From Eledone cirrhosa (lineage: Eukaryota), in the NCBI GenBank assembly GCA_964016885.1, contig OZ024752.1:30380001-30444000 (forward strand): a stretch of DNA of 64,000 nucleotides, written 5' to 3'. This document shows positions 1-12,865 of this stretch, piece by piece. A model generated the notes under the pieces. That model saw only the letters and a program-made list of their open reading frames with translations. It searched no databases and was not told the origin of the DNA. Position 1 is the stretch's first letter, and the number at the start of each line of letters is the position of its first letter. The translations under genes and the position numbers were made by a program.

Positions 1-735
1 TGTGGGTGTGAAGGCAAAAAGTGCCCAGCCCACAGTGTAAAGTGGTTGTGAGGGTATCATGGCAAAAAGCACCCAGCCCACAGTGTAAAGTGTTGTGTGG
101 GTGTCATGGCAGAAAACGCCCAGCCCACAGTGTAAAGTGGTCGTGTGGGTGTGAAGGCAAAAAGTGCCCAGCCCACAGTGTAAAGTGGTTGTGAGGGTAT
201 CATGGCAAAAAGCACCCAGCCCACAGAGTAAAGTGTTGTGTGGGTGTCACGGCAAAAAGTGCCCAGCCCACAGTGTAAAGTGGTTGTGTGGGTGTGAAGG
301 CAAAAAGTGCCCAGCCCACAGTATAAAGTGGTTGTGAGGGTATCATGGCAAAAAGCACCCAGCCCACAGTGTAAAGTGTTGTGTGGGTGTGAAGGCAAAA
401 AGTGCCCAGCCCACAGTGTAAAGTGGTTGTGAGGGTGTCATGGCAAAAAGCGCCCAACCCACAGTGTAAAGTGGTCGTGTGGGTGTGAAGGCAAAAAGTG
501 CCCAGCCCACAGTGTAAAGTGGTTGTGAGGGTGTCACGGCAAAAAGTGCCCAGCCCACAGTGTAAAGTGGTCGTGTGGGTGTGAAGGCAAAAAGTGCCCA
601 GCCCACAGTGTAAAGTGGTCGTGAGGGTGTCATGGCAAAAAGCACCCAGCCCACAGTGTAAAGTGGTTGTGAGGGTGTCATGGCAAAAAGCGTCCAGCCC
701 ACAGTGTAAAGTGATTGTGTGGGTGTCACGGCAAA
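1..735. repeat. 47-48 bp minisatellite, about 15 units, open at the 5' edge
   Basis: Unit ggcaaaaag(tg/ca)cccagcccacagtgtaaagtggttgtg(a/t)gggtg(tcat/tgaa); ggcaaaaa recurs at 13 and 61. Confidence 0.95.
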
Positions 736-747
736 GTGGCTGTTTTG

Positions 748-940
748 GTGCCATGATAAAAAGCACCCGGAACACACTGTAAATATGGTTGGCATTAGGA
801 AGAACATCCAGCCATTGAAACCAAGCTAGAATCAATTCTGTATGAGCAAGACACAATCCTCTGATCTGGCTTGTCCCACGATGGGACAACTCGTCTAACC
901 CATGCTAGCGTGGAAAAATGGACATTAAAAAATGATATGT
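748..940 (+). mobile_element. 3' part of a retroposon (SINE/LINE tail) ending in a (TGA)n-like tail
   Basis: aaaagcacc..actgtaaat..ggttggcattaggaag..catccagc..aacccatgctagc; related copies near 1345, 4590, 9760(-), 12990(-), 26020, 42835, 52880. Confidence 0.75.
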
Positions 941-2379
941 ATCAACAATTAAGATTAATTAAAAGATTAAGAGACAGTGGGAGTGATAGAAAGCAGAAGA
1001 GAAAGGAAGAACAAAGAATGAAATAAATGGTGAAGCATGAGATTGTAAATAAGATATAATGGTATGAGAAAGAGAGAGTGTTAGTAAGAAGTGTTTAAAT
1101 GACACTGAAGGTAAACAGAGCTGACAATGGCAGAGTGGACATTGTAATTGGGCCTACATAAAAATACAAACAGTTTCAAGGTAAAAAGTAAGAAAGCATA
1201 CAGAGAATAAACTAAAGGATTAAGAGAGAAAGAGAAGAGATAGCTGAATGAGAGTTAGTGGTGAGAGTGAGAGAATGGCATAAGAGGCAGTGGTTTAATG
1301 TGTAGTGCAAGTAGAGAATAGGGAAATATATATAATGCTCACAACAGGACAACTCTTCTAACCCATGCTAGCATGGAAAAATGGACGTAAAGTGGTGCTG
1401 ACGATAATGATGATATATATATATATATAAAAGAAAGGGGGTAATTGCTACAAACTAAAGAGATGAAAGTGTGATGAGGAGTAGGAAGAGGTTCTTAAAG
1501 CATTACAGGAGAGAAAATGTAAATAATATGCCCTCACCACCACCTCGCTCACCCCAAAAGAGTAAAGATATTGATAGTTATGCACAAATCTATGACCAGC
1601 TGGGTGTTAGCAAGTTAATTTACACAACAAACTGTTGGTGACGTTTTTTATTTTTAATGTATTAATATAAACACAAAATTCAGTTGAATTGAAAGTAGTG
1701 TTAAGATATATACACTGAAGCAAGACAATTAAAATACACTACTTCCCTTTTCATGATCTTGCATTTGATGATCAATTAAACCAGCTGTTTCTGGGCAGAA
1801 TTCTCTCACCTCTTTCTGTTCAAACCGGCTGTAACTAGCCACTCAAACTGATGTTAAGGTATTATTCTCAAAATAAATAATATTGAAATCTCAGAGATTC
1901 GATATTATGTGAGATAAAGTCTTTACCATGAAAATACAATAGTATATATAGAGTAATGCTATAGGGTTAATATAAATATAGAAAAAAAGGAAGTTAAGCA
2001 ATGATTTAACTCCAACTATCATATATTCAACTTAATGTTAAAATAAAAGTAATTCAAGTCTGTTATGTTAGCACAATGAAGTTGAATTAGATTTCACTGT
2101 AACTTTGACTAAATAGAATAGTCTAATAATGGTGCTATTAAGTTAGACATGGCCTGGGCCAATACTGGCCGAGACCTATCAAAGTAGTTATATAAACCTA
2201 CCAAATGAAAAAAGATGAGCATCAAACCCACATCTCTTGTTTGCTGGACATATACACTACCATTACATCAATGAACCTGACTATCTGCTATTTTTAGGAG
2301 CTATAACGTAATAGCAATAGGTAACTAAAGTTGAAGGGAGTTAGAACAATGGCTAAATTGTGAGTACCTAAATGATAAT

Positions 2380-2645
2380 GGACCGAAACACTTTCTTGGG
2401 GATGGGAAGGCTCTTCTCTGAAGACCTACTGTCCAGCTCTCCTGGGCCGAAACACTTTCTTCAGGTGGGGGGAGTTCTTCTCTGAAGACCTGTACAGCTC
2501 TCCTGGGCTGAGCCCCATTCTTGGGGGTGTTTCTTCTCTGAAGACCTGCTGTCCAGCTCTCCTGGTCCAAAAAATTTTCTTGAGGGATGGGGGTTCTTTT
2601 CTGAAGACCTCCTGCTGTCCAGCTCTCCTGAGTGTTTCTTACCAC
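2380..2645. repeat. Four degenerate tandem copies of a ~60-70 bp dispersed unit
   Basis: ttctctgaagacct..gtccagctctcctg occurs 4 times; single reverse-strand copies at ~7141-7220, ~32652-32727 and ~47421-47480. Confidence 0.85.
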
Positions 2646-3019
2646 TAATACAACCCAAAGAAACAAGGAAATGTAAAGCAGGTCAGTGTGGGGATCAAAT
2701 TCATGACATGTTCTTAGCACAGAGATCTAATCAATTGTGCTAACACAGACTTTAGAAATTAAAGAGTAATGGGACATGCTCACAGCAATTTAAAAATATG
2801 TAATCTGTATTATTTAAAAATATTTACTGTATATTATATGTTTAGAGAGGAGATGGGCACCACCAAGCATTTCTAAGGCCCACAGAAATGCTGCAACAGT
2901 TACAAGAATTGGATTGACAGATTGATTGATTTTAATCTATATTATAGTGATTGTTTAGCAATTTTAGTCCATCTGTCATACACTTGATCTGTCTATCAAA
3001 AACCTTCTAAAGTTTTTAT

Positions 3020-3945
3020 ATAAAATTCATGGAAGACAGAAGTAGGACAAAAATATGGGGGAGAAGTGGACAACTATCCTAAAAGGCTTTCTTTCAAGAA
3101 AGTGTTGTCTATCTTTCAACAGTTGTAGATTGTCTTTCTTGAGGATTGTGATAATATGACTGAGTCCACAGTGTTGGCCTCTCTCCAGTCTACCAGATTT
3201 TGTTGCAGATTCTAGTGAGAACCTCAATCACTGCTCTCCTCCATGCTTTGTCAGTTCTTCTGGAATGTTGTCTGTACCAGCTGTTTTTCCAATTTTTCAG
3301 CAATTTTATTGCTGTCTCCACTTCTTATCATAGGACTGGTAAGTCCTGGCTGATAAGCATGCTGGGGTCTCCATGAATCTGATGGCTGTACAACTCTGAG
3401 CAGTATTCTGTCCATCTCTCAGTGATGTCTTTTTCTTCCATGAATCCCTTTCTTTCCTTGTCTTGGATGGTGCTGACTCTTGAGTGTCTCTGTTTTGTGA
3501 GATCTTTCACAACTTGAAAGACCCTCTTCCTGTTGTTCCTAATCAGGTTCTCTTCCATCTCTGTCCACTGGTTCTCTAGCCATTCTTCTTTGGCCTTCTT
3601 CATCCCTTTCTTGGTATTCTTACTGATCTCTCTGTAAGTTGATGTTCCAGTGGTTGTGTTCTTGGTTTTTCAGAACTCTTCTCATATCACACATTTTAAA
3701 GAATTTCTTCTGTGATCCAGGGTTGAGTGATCCAGTGGTGTTTCCCTACATTTGCTGTCTCTGTCATCATGGCATTAAACGTTGTTGACATCATTTCAGC
3801 ATCCTCTTCAAGTGTGAGAATATCTGTAGATCTTTCACCAACAGTTTCTTGGAAGGATTTTGCGATGGTGGGGTACATCAGCCTTTCCTCATTGAACTTT
3901 AGCCTGACCAAGTCATGGTCACTCCCTATATCTGCACTCTGCATC
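3020..3945 (-). mobile_element. Decayed RTE-clade LINE ORF fragment (endonuclease end and linker toward RT)
   Basis: ADIGSDHDLV, PWITEEIL, KKAKEEWLE..EMEE, ERWTEYCSELY in frameshifted ORFs. Confidence 0.85.
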
Positions 3946-5282
3946 TGGCTTGAACCCCCAAATGAGACCAGCTGAGCTCATACATGTTAACCAATTATCT
4001 TGCTTGGGGGTCTACCTCTGGGTTTCCTACCGGTTTGTTCTGCTCATGAATTCTGTCCTATTCTTTCCTTAGATATTCTAGCTACATATCTATAATATCG
4101 GAGCTATGATCTCTGAGCTATACACTCTATCATGTAATGTTACTCGGAAAACCCTTCAGCCAAACCCTATTTTAGCCAATTGTATTTGCGATCGTATTCT
4201 TTCAGTCATTACTCAAGATTCATTTAAGAGTTGGCACAAATACCAAATTGATTACCGAATGCTGAAGCTGGTGCATTTTACTGCACCAGCTCCTCCTGCA
4301 ATTCTTACTTGTAATTCAGCATCCTGCCTTCCAACCCTCATGAACACATCAATACATAGTATTCTCAGCAGTTCCAACAGTAGCAACAACAAGAATACAC
4401 AGTCTCGATAAGGAGCAACAACTCCGAAACAATTGTCAACTGTTTTCTCTCAGTTACTGCTGGAACAAAAGGATGACACGATCATCTAGAAAATCCACAT
4501 GGTGTTAATGAAGCTGTTTTTCTAGGAAACAAGCCGATTATTATTATTATTATTATTCACTCATGAATACATTATATATATATATAATGAGCAAGACAAG
4601 GTCAGCCAACCGGGCACTGCCCACAACAGGACAACCTGTCTAACCCATGCTAGCGTGGAAGAATAGACGTAAAATGGTGGTAATGATGATATATATTGGC
4701 AGTATCAGTAGAGGGTCGGATGCCATGCTTTCCAGCATAGTTACGTCCCTTTACGATCTGAGTTCAAATCCCGCCGAGGTTGACTTTGCCTTTCATCCTT
4801 ACGGGGTCGATAAAATAAAGTAAACTAGGTAATTGCTGGCCTTGTGCCTAAAGTAGAAACAATTATTATATATACTGAAACTAAGTAAAATTAATTGTTT
4901 TAGTTTTTAATTTTACTTCTTAAAACCCTATTTTGGGATTGCTGAACATCTATAATAGGAAGGAACCCAATAATAATTTGCTTTTAAATTCATAAATAAA
5001 ACTGAAAAAGATAAAATGCATTGTTTAACATTATAGTTATTTTGATTTAAAAGTTGTTGTGCTATATTGCACCATTTCTGCTAATTTGAGAAAATAAACA
5101 GATAACGAGAGGAGACAAAATGGAAATTATTGTAGTGCAACAAAAGATAAACAACCTGTGACCCATCTTTGACAGAAATTTAATACATTTTGATATGGAA
5201 CAGAATATTATATTGTTGAGAATAATATTGATATTTCTTTGCTTTAGATAGTAAAGAAAAAAAGACAAATATATCTCCTGTT

Positions 5283-5706
5283 CATTTAAATTGGCTGTAT
5301 CTGGCCAGAATTCTCTCACCTCTTTCTCTTCAAACCAGCTGTAACTGGCAACTCATATTTATCTTAACCCCTTAGCATTTACGTTATTCTATATTTACTA
5401 TTGTATGTTCACAGTAAAGGCTATCTTACATAATTATTTCACATAATATCGAATCTACAAGATTTTGATATTATCTATTTTGAGAACAATACCTTAATGT
5501 AGGTATGAGCAGCCAGTTACAGCCGGTTTGAACAGAAAGAGGTGAGAGAGTTGTGGCCAGTTTAAATGCTAAAGAGTATTGTTCTCAAAATAAATAACCT
5601 CAAAATCTCATAGATTCGATATTATGTGAGATAATTATGTAAGATTAAGCCTTTACCATGGAAATATAATAGTAAATATAGAGTAATGTAAATGCTAAAG
5701 GGTTCA
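5283..5706. mobile_element. piggyBac-type MITE with a reversed copy of itself nested at its internal TTAA
   Basis: Outer left part 5283-5367, inner reversed copy 5368-~5576, outer right part ~5577-5706. Confidence 0.85.
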
Positions 5707-5879
5707 GGAAGAATCTTTTAATGATGTTTCTCATGTACCTGTCATTCATCAAACATACCTTAATATTTTCATTCCTTATTACCTGGCTTAAAGCAACTAT
5801 TGGCCTGCCATGCTGAAATATGATTTCCTGAAATAAATTAACATTTGTTTTTTTCTTAGTCTGTTTTTGCACTTTATTG

Positions 5880-8050
5880 CATAATCATTACAAGAAACTG
5901 ACCCTATCAGGAACTATCTCTGTTGAAGAGAGACATCTTCCATTTCTGATTTTTTGAAGATAATTCTTAGAATAATGACACTGTTATTTTTAAGACTCCA
6001 ATATGCAGTTCTTGCATGCTCCTCCATGTTCTGTTGCAAATCCTTGGAGCATCCAAGTTCCTCATTATAAATATTGGAGATCCACAGTTTGTGGTGGCAA
6101 TCCATAGATTTCAAGTCAATCAAGGAATTCTGTTGGAAAATTGGTAGTATTAACTCCTTCACTCATAACATTGAATGGACAGTACTGTATTCTAATTCCA
6201 AGAAATATCTAATCCATAGTGAATTGATTTTTTTTCATTATTTCGTTGAGTGGAACCAAGAAACAATTCTTAGAACTGTTCTGCAGGATTGTCAAATGTT
6301 GGATAAATGAAATCAATTAATTCTTTTATAGTTCTAGCTAGAAGAACCATATCTTTAAATAATTCAATGTCATAATTTTCATTTTTGTAAATCTTCTCTG
6401 ACATTCAACAGGAACCCTTAATATCTGACATTCAATAAGAACCCTTAATATCCGACATTCAATAAGAACCCTTAATATCTGACATCCAATAAGAACTGTT
6501 GATATCCAAGTTTTCCCTCACATGATGGCATCTGTCATTTCAGTAGAAACTTCAAGTTTCTCCAAAAATACATTAAAAAAAAAATTTTTTGTTTGAATTC
6601 TCCATGTCAATATCATTTCCTCAATAGCAAATGGTTAAAATTCTCCCAAAGCCCCCATTCTTGTTGCATACATCATGAAGAGTGCATTTCATGCCTTTGA
6701 AACTTTCACTCCTAATCATAAGGCACTTGTCTCTTCCCAGACAATAAAGTTAATATTTTTGTTTGCTTCTTGATATTACATACTTTGAAGGAGTATCTTG
6801 AATTTGCTGCCCTGCTACCAGATCTTATTGTTACTGTAATACTAACTAATGCTACAGCAAGACTAACACCTTCCCTAAATTTAGAGAGAACCAAATGGTG
6901 ACAAATGGTGACCCCATCCTACCTGATGCATCAATAAACAATCATTGATAAAGGATTTCTTTGTGAGCTGCTACACACATGACACTATACAGCCATTTGC
7001 AAATTATTCAATAAGGGTTCATTCTGTCAAACTAATTCATGGTGTTTGTCTCATTTGTATTGTAGTTCTTGCAATAATTCCTTATTGTCACCCTGTTGAT
7101 TAATTGCACAACTTCTTGGTGCCAGCAAGTTATATTCAAGTGGTAAGAAACTCTCAGGAGAGCTGGACAGCAGAAGGTCATCAGAGAAGAAACCCCCACT
7201 CAAGCAAGTGTTTCGGCCCTGCCAAAGTTTGTTGGAAAGGAGCTTGATAGATGCCCTCTTTATTTAAAAGAAATCGTCCAATATTAGTTTTCTTGAACTA
7301 ATCAAATAATTCTTATGGATTATGAATGTTTGTGTTTGTTAGCAAGACAACGAACAGATCTCTTATTTCTTTGGGAATTCTTCTTCTCTCAACATCTTCC
7401 ATTCTTTTTTTTTTCACTAATGATCATCAGCAGTGTTATTATGAATGAAGACTTGATATTGTTGGGCAAGGTGCATGTTAAGGTGAACAACAGATGTGTC
7501 TCTTGTGATAAGTGGAAGTATTAATATGACAGTTTCAGAGCATCCAATGTATCTGCTTGTCAAATACTATGGGATTTTGTCTTGCTTGTTCACTGTGAAA
7601 ATTGTTTGATCATACATTTGATGGTCTTGGCATATGAACATATTTCTACAATGTGGGGACAATTGAACAGTTTCAATAGTTAGACCATTATAGGAGATCA
7701 GCCATTAAGAAGTTACAGTTTGATCATGTCATCTTTCTTATAACCTCCAAATCCTTGCATTTTCAAAGACTTCTCCTGTACACAGGTTATGAATCAACCT
7801 TCTACCTTGTATGCTCAAAAAATGACTTAGGATACTTCCTGCAGCATGTACCTTTTTCCATATTGCACCATTCTGTTCTAACTATGCATTTCAGGAAGAT
7901 CTTTCCCTTGCAATTAAATCTGGCTGATAATATGGTGGCTGTTGATTGAAGAAAAATGGGATGTTGCATTTCAGATCAGTTTGGATTGCAATTCATCGAA
8001 ATGGAAAATGAAGCATTTCCATATAAGTCTGCGGTGCTGAGGACCAAGAA
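5880..8050 (-). mobile_element. Possible highly decayed non-LTR retrotransposon remnants
   Basis: Minus strand reads IR*..LSP..WFSL-like (RT QG-box-like) near 6880-6930 and NGGFG near 6650; many stops; boundaries uncertain. Confidence 0.3.
6398..6497. repeat. 27-bp tandem repeat, ~3.7 copies
   Basis: ctgacattcaataagaacccttaatat. Confidence 0.9.
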
Positions 8051-8402
8051 GACCACAAATCAAGGGATTACTCTATGCATAGGAAGAAGCAGAGTGGGTA
8101 TAGAGGAAGGTAAAAACCCCCAAACCAAACTGCTTGGTATTGCGGTCGGGTTTTTACCCTCTCCACTCTCTCTCTCTTCACACACACACGTGTGTGTGTG
8201 TGTGTATATATCATCTCATTTTGAGATTGTTTTATCATATAGTTTATCATATAGTTAAAGGAGTTAAGGATAGAATGATGCACTTTCTTTCCAATATTTC
8301 TAAAATCCCCATCATCACCATTCACTGCAACAATTAGGATGTTGTTGTTGATGTTAAAAGTTGGTTGATTCATTCTGATGATACCCAGCCTCCCTTATTC
8401 CA

Positions 8403-8597
8403 TCTTAACAGCTATGTTAACCAAATATATCTTCTCAGAAGGTGACTTAACTTAGCAGTCATGTCAACCAATATATTGTCTTCTGAGAAGGGCATTCAAC
8501 TTAGGAGCTATGTCACCCAAATATGTCTTCTGAGAAGGTGACTTAATTTAGCAGTCATGTCAACCAATATGTCTTCTTCGGGGAAGGGATTCAACTC
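8403..8597. repeat. Degenerate ~45-50 bp tandem repeat, 4 units, alternating A/B types
   Basis: atgtcaaccaa..tgtcttctgagaagg recurs; endings alternate between gtgacttaa and g(c)attcaac. Confidence 0.8.
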
Positions 8598-8868
8598 ATT
8601 CTAATGTTTCATTATGTGATATGCATAGCAACACATTGCTATTAGTGTCAATGAATCTGAAGATGTTATCCATCATTTCTTAGTGGAAACAGAAATACAC
8701 ATCGATATCTATTACAAGAATGATGGGACTTTGATATTTGCAGGTCACCTCCACATTCTTTCAATACTGCAATCTTGATTTAGGTTCATTGTTATTCAGA
8801 ATAATGATGGAAATCTCATTGGTAATTTGTACATAAGTCTTCCATCATGTTTGAATTCTTATCTCCAT

Positions 8869-9082
8869 TTAACCCTTTAGTGTTCAAACCAGCCAAAACC
8901 GGCCAGAATTCTCTACCTCTTTCTGTTGAAACTGGCTGTAACTCGTCGCTCAAACTGTTCTCAAAATAAATACTTTTAAAATCTCATAGATTCGATATTA
9001 TGTGAGATACTTATGTGAGGTAAAGCCTTTACCATGAATATATAATAGTATATATAAAATAATGTGAATGCTAAAGGGTTAA
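8869..9082 (+). mobile_element. piggyBac-type MITE (~220 bp family)
   Basis: TTAA-CCCTTTAG...CTAAAGGG-TTAA. Confidence 0.9.
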
Positions 9083-9587
9083 GATCAGTGACAATAGACC
9101 TTTATGGATTATCTTAAATTAATCATTTTACAAGTTAAAGCGATGCAATGAACATTCTTTCTTTGTCTTAGTAACATTCTCTAATAATTCAATAATGGGT
9201 GTGCCCCAGCATGGCCTCAACCAGTCAGCTGGATAACATAAAAGAGAATCATGGGCTAAATTCCATTATTCTTGAGTGTCCCTTTCCTTAATTTTATATC
9301 TTAGAGATCCAGATAAATTTGAAGGAATTGGGCTTACTGTTTGGTGTCTGTCTGTCATTAGATGTGCTGCGTAATGATGGATTTGTACATGAATGGTAAA
9401 GATTCCATATGTTCCATCATTTCAAAGAGGCAGTGTTGCATTATTTGATGTTATTCCTGAATTCATCTGTGATAAACTCATTGTTGCTGCAGGAATGGAG
9501 GAATTCTTTGATAGAGTTTTGAAATTGCTTATCTTTGCCTTATTCTTCATACTGCAGAAATTAGTTGTTTCTATATACATGCACACA

Positions 9588-9745
9588 TGACAGTGTGGTA
9601 AAGAGGTTTGCTTTGCAGCCATGTGGTTTTGAATCCAGTTCCACTCTCAGGTGCCTTGGACAAATGTCTTCTACTATAGCCTTGGGTTTACTATTGCTTT
9701 ATGAGTGATATTTGGGAGAGCAAAACTATGAAATCCCATTGTTTA
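9588..9745 (+). mobile_element. Degenerate tRNA-derived CORE-like SINE
   Basis: gtggtaaagaggtttgct head; ccttggacaaatgtcttctactatagcc resembles the CORE-SINE central domain (from memory). Confidence 0.55.
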
Positions 9746-10853
9746 TATATATATATAATCATCATTTAACATCCAACTTCCACGCTAGCATGGGTTGGAC
9801 GGATTTGTCCCACTTGAGGCAAGATTGGTCGAGTGACCATGTCTCGCTTGTACGGAACTGATTCTGGTATATTTTCTACGGTTGGATGCCCTTCCTAACA
9901 CCAACCACATTTACAGTGTGGACTTACATAATTATCTCACATAATATCAAGTCTGAGATTTTTATATTATTGATTTTGAGAACAATACCTTAACGTTGGT
10001 GTGAGTGGCCACTTATGGCTGGTTTGAACAGAAAGAGGTGAGAGAATTTTGGCCGGATACAGCCGGTTTAAATGCTAAAGGGTCAAGGTCCATTTTCTCT
10101 GCTAGGAAGCATTGGACAGGTCATCATAGATTAAGGGAGTATTTAACTAGAGCTACTGACTGGGAGCCCACATCTCGTTTTTACACATCCACTCATCTCC
10201 GCTCTAGTATCTCCTCAATCTCATTAGACCAAACTTTCATGCTTTTATTGTTTATCTGAAGTCCTGTGCCTGATGGGAAAAAAGCTACATGGGTGTTGTC
10301 TCCTGGTCCTACTGGAGGAGGGTTGTGTGAATGTCTTGCTGATGTTATGGTCCCGAGAGGTAGAGGGTCTGTGCAACTGCTTTGTGACAATCAAGGGGCT
10401 TCAACTTGGGCGTTAACTCCTGGTCCAGGCTGAAGGAGGGTTGTGAATGAATTGCTGTTCTTCTGGTCCCAGAGGTAGGGTCTATATGTCTGCTAGATGA
10501 TAGGAGGCTCACATGTATCTTAGTTTCTTTCATGTGCTGTATTATCATCCAGGCTGTAGCAGTTGCCTGCACTAGCATCTGCTGAAGCTACTACTTGTCA
10601 CTTGGTCTATTGTATCCTAGCAGCATGATAAGCAACTGTTAGTTTCTGGAGTAGTCAATGTCTCTTTTACTAAAGTGTGTGTGTGTTTGTGTGTGTCTAA
10701 TGTGGTTGGTATTAGGAAGAGCCCCCAGTCATAGAAACAATGCCAAAATAGAACATATGAGTATGATGTGTACATCCAACCGGTTTAATCTCAGGATGTG
10801 ACAACCTGTTAAACTAATACTACCATGGTAAACAGACTTAAAACAGTCATACT

Positions 10854-10854
<1 letters not shown>

Positions 10855-10906
<52 letters not shown>

Positions 10907-10943
10907 CTATATATATATATGTATATATATATGTGTGTGTATA

Positions 10944-10975
<32 letters not shown>
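10855..10975. repeat. (TG)n and (TA)n microsatellite
   Basis: Direct reading. Confidence 0.95.
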
Positions 10976-10977
<2 letters not shown>

Positions 10978-11399
10978 CAAGGCAGAATTCTAGGAGAAGG
11001 AAAACTCTGATATAACACCTGCAACCCTGATGGTATCCAATGATGTTGACTTGTTCTTCTTTTTGGTAAATATCATCTTGGTTAAGAGAGTGGGACTGGC
11101 TTTGTGCAGTGCCTTTGCTCACTATAAAAGCTTCACGGCACAGGTATTGCTTTATATCTGGAGATCTCTCTGCACTTGTCGTCACATGGTACCATGGGCC
11201 CAGCACTATGTGTCAATAATTGTCGCAAGTGTAGTGTTTGTACCAGAGTTTTCAAGTCGCTGGCTGGACTAAAAAGTCACACTCTTTCAGCGCATCGGTA
11301 GGGGTTCTCCTACATGGATATAAAGTAGTGGCCGTACTCGAAAACGAGTTGGCAGCCACCATATATATATATGTATATGTATGTATGTATATATATATA

Positions 11400-11748
11400 T
11401 CATCATCATCATCATCATCATTTCATTTTACGTCCACTTTTCCCTGCTTGCAAGGGTGGGACGGGAACTGATTCTGGCTTGATTTCTACAGCTGGATGCC
11501 CTTCCTAACACCAACCTCATTTACAGTGAGTGCTGGGTGTTTTTTTGCCGTGGCACCTCCACGACCACTTTGCAGTGGAATGATAGGGACCCCAGTCCCT
11601 ATCATCTCATTTCTACAGCTGAGTAAACTGGAGCAATGTGAAATAAAGTGCCTTGCTCAAGGAAACAACACATCACCCGGTCTGAGAATTGAACTCACAA
11701 CCTTTCGATTGCAAGGCCAATGCTCTAACCACTAAGCCATGTGCCTCC
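11400..11748 (-). mobile_element. tRNA-derived SINE with V-like core and (TGA)n tail; near-identical inverse of 25835-26212
   Basis: Reverse complement reads tggcttagtggttagagc..gagttcaattc..ccttgagcaaggcactttatttcac..; (TCA)n at 11400-11420. Confidence 0.88.
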
Positions 11749-12380
11749 ACATATATATATGTATATGTATGTGTATGTATGTATGTATATATATATGTAT
11801 GTATATGTATGTATATATATGTATATATATGTATGTATATATGTATGTATATATATATATATATGTATGTATATATATATATATGTATGTATATATATAT
11901 ATATGTATGTATATATATATATATATGTATGTATATATATATATGTATGTATATATATATATATATGTATGTATATATATATATGTATGTATATATATAT
12001 ATATATGTATGTATATATATATGTATGTATATATATATATATATGTGTGTGTATATATATGTGTATATGTATATATATGTGTATATATGTATATATATGT
12101 GTATATATATATATGTATGTATGTATACTCTTTTACTCTTTTACCTGTTTCAGCCATCCGGCTGAGGCCATGCTGGGGCACCGCCCTTGTATGTATATAT
12201 ATATATTTATTTATTTTTATATATGTGTATATGTATATATATATGTATGTATATATATATATATATGTGTATATGTATATATATATGTATATATATATAT
12301 ATGTGTATATGTATATATATATGTGTGTATATGTATATATATATGTGTGTATATGTATATATATATATATATATATTTAT
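11749..12380. repeat. Compound (TA)n/(TATG)n microsatellite with a short SINE-tail fragment at ~12126-12187
   Basis: Direct reading; source of the YI/MY-rich ORFs. Confidence 0.95.
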
Positions 12381-12453
12381 AAAAAAAAAAGTAAATGGAA
12401 ACAGTACAATGAAGACATATATTAGTTTAATACTTTATATTGTATGAAAAGAG

Positions 12454-12490
12454 TCTTTACGTTTTGGACCCTGGCCCTTCATCAGAAGAT
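12454..12490 (-). other. Decayed minimal type-I hammerhead motif of Penelope-like type
   Basis: Reverse complement atctt-CTGATGA-a-gggc-cagg-gtcc-AAAAC-GTA-aaga; the GAAA box reads AAAA. Confidence 0.5.
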
Positions 12491-12812
12491 ACAATGGGAA
12501 ATAGAAGATAAGATAGAATGAGAAGGAATGGAAAAAAGTTTTTTTTAGAAAAAACGTGTGTATTTAGTCAGCCTTTTTGGAGAAGTGCTGGTCAGTAGGT
12601 GTGTTAGGTATATATATAATTGACACCTCTCTGGAAAGAGACTTCTTTACTGCTACTTCTAGCACTATGGTTGGTTCATATCAGGAGTAACGTGGTCTCC
12701 AGTCCATATGCTTGCATCATTCTGTAGTCAATCTTCTATCACTTCTGAATTGCTAAAGTCAACTTATATACATATATATATATATACAGACATGCATATA
12801 CATATGTAGACG

Positions 12813-12865
<53 letters not shown>

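Noticed and set aside
57-889. Repetitive Cys/His-rich ORFs (LHCGLGTFC repeats) resembling a metal-binding protein
   Set aside because: They are translations of the 48-bp retroposon-derived minisatellite, open in several frames, with no splice or gene context
11689-12447. Long Y/I/M/C-rich ORFs, also at 10729, 42534 and 45244
   Set aside because: They are (TA)/(TG)/(CA) microsatellite translations
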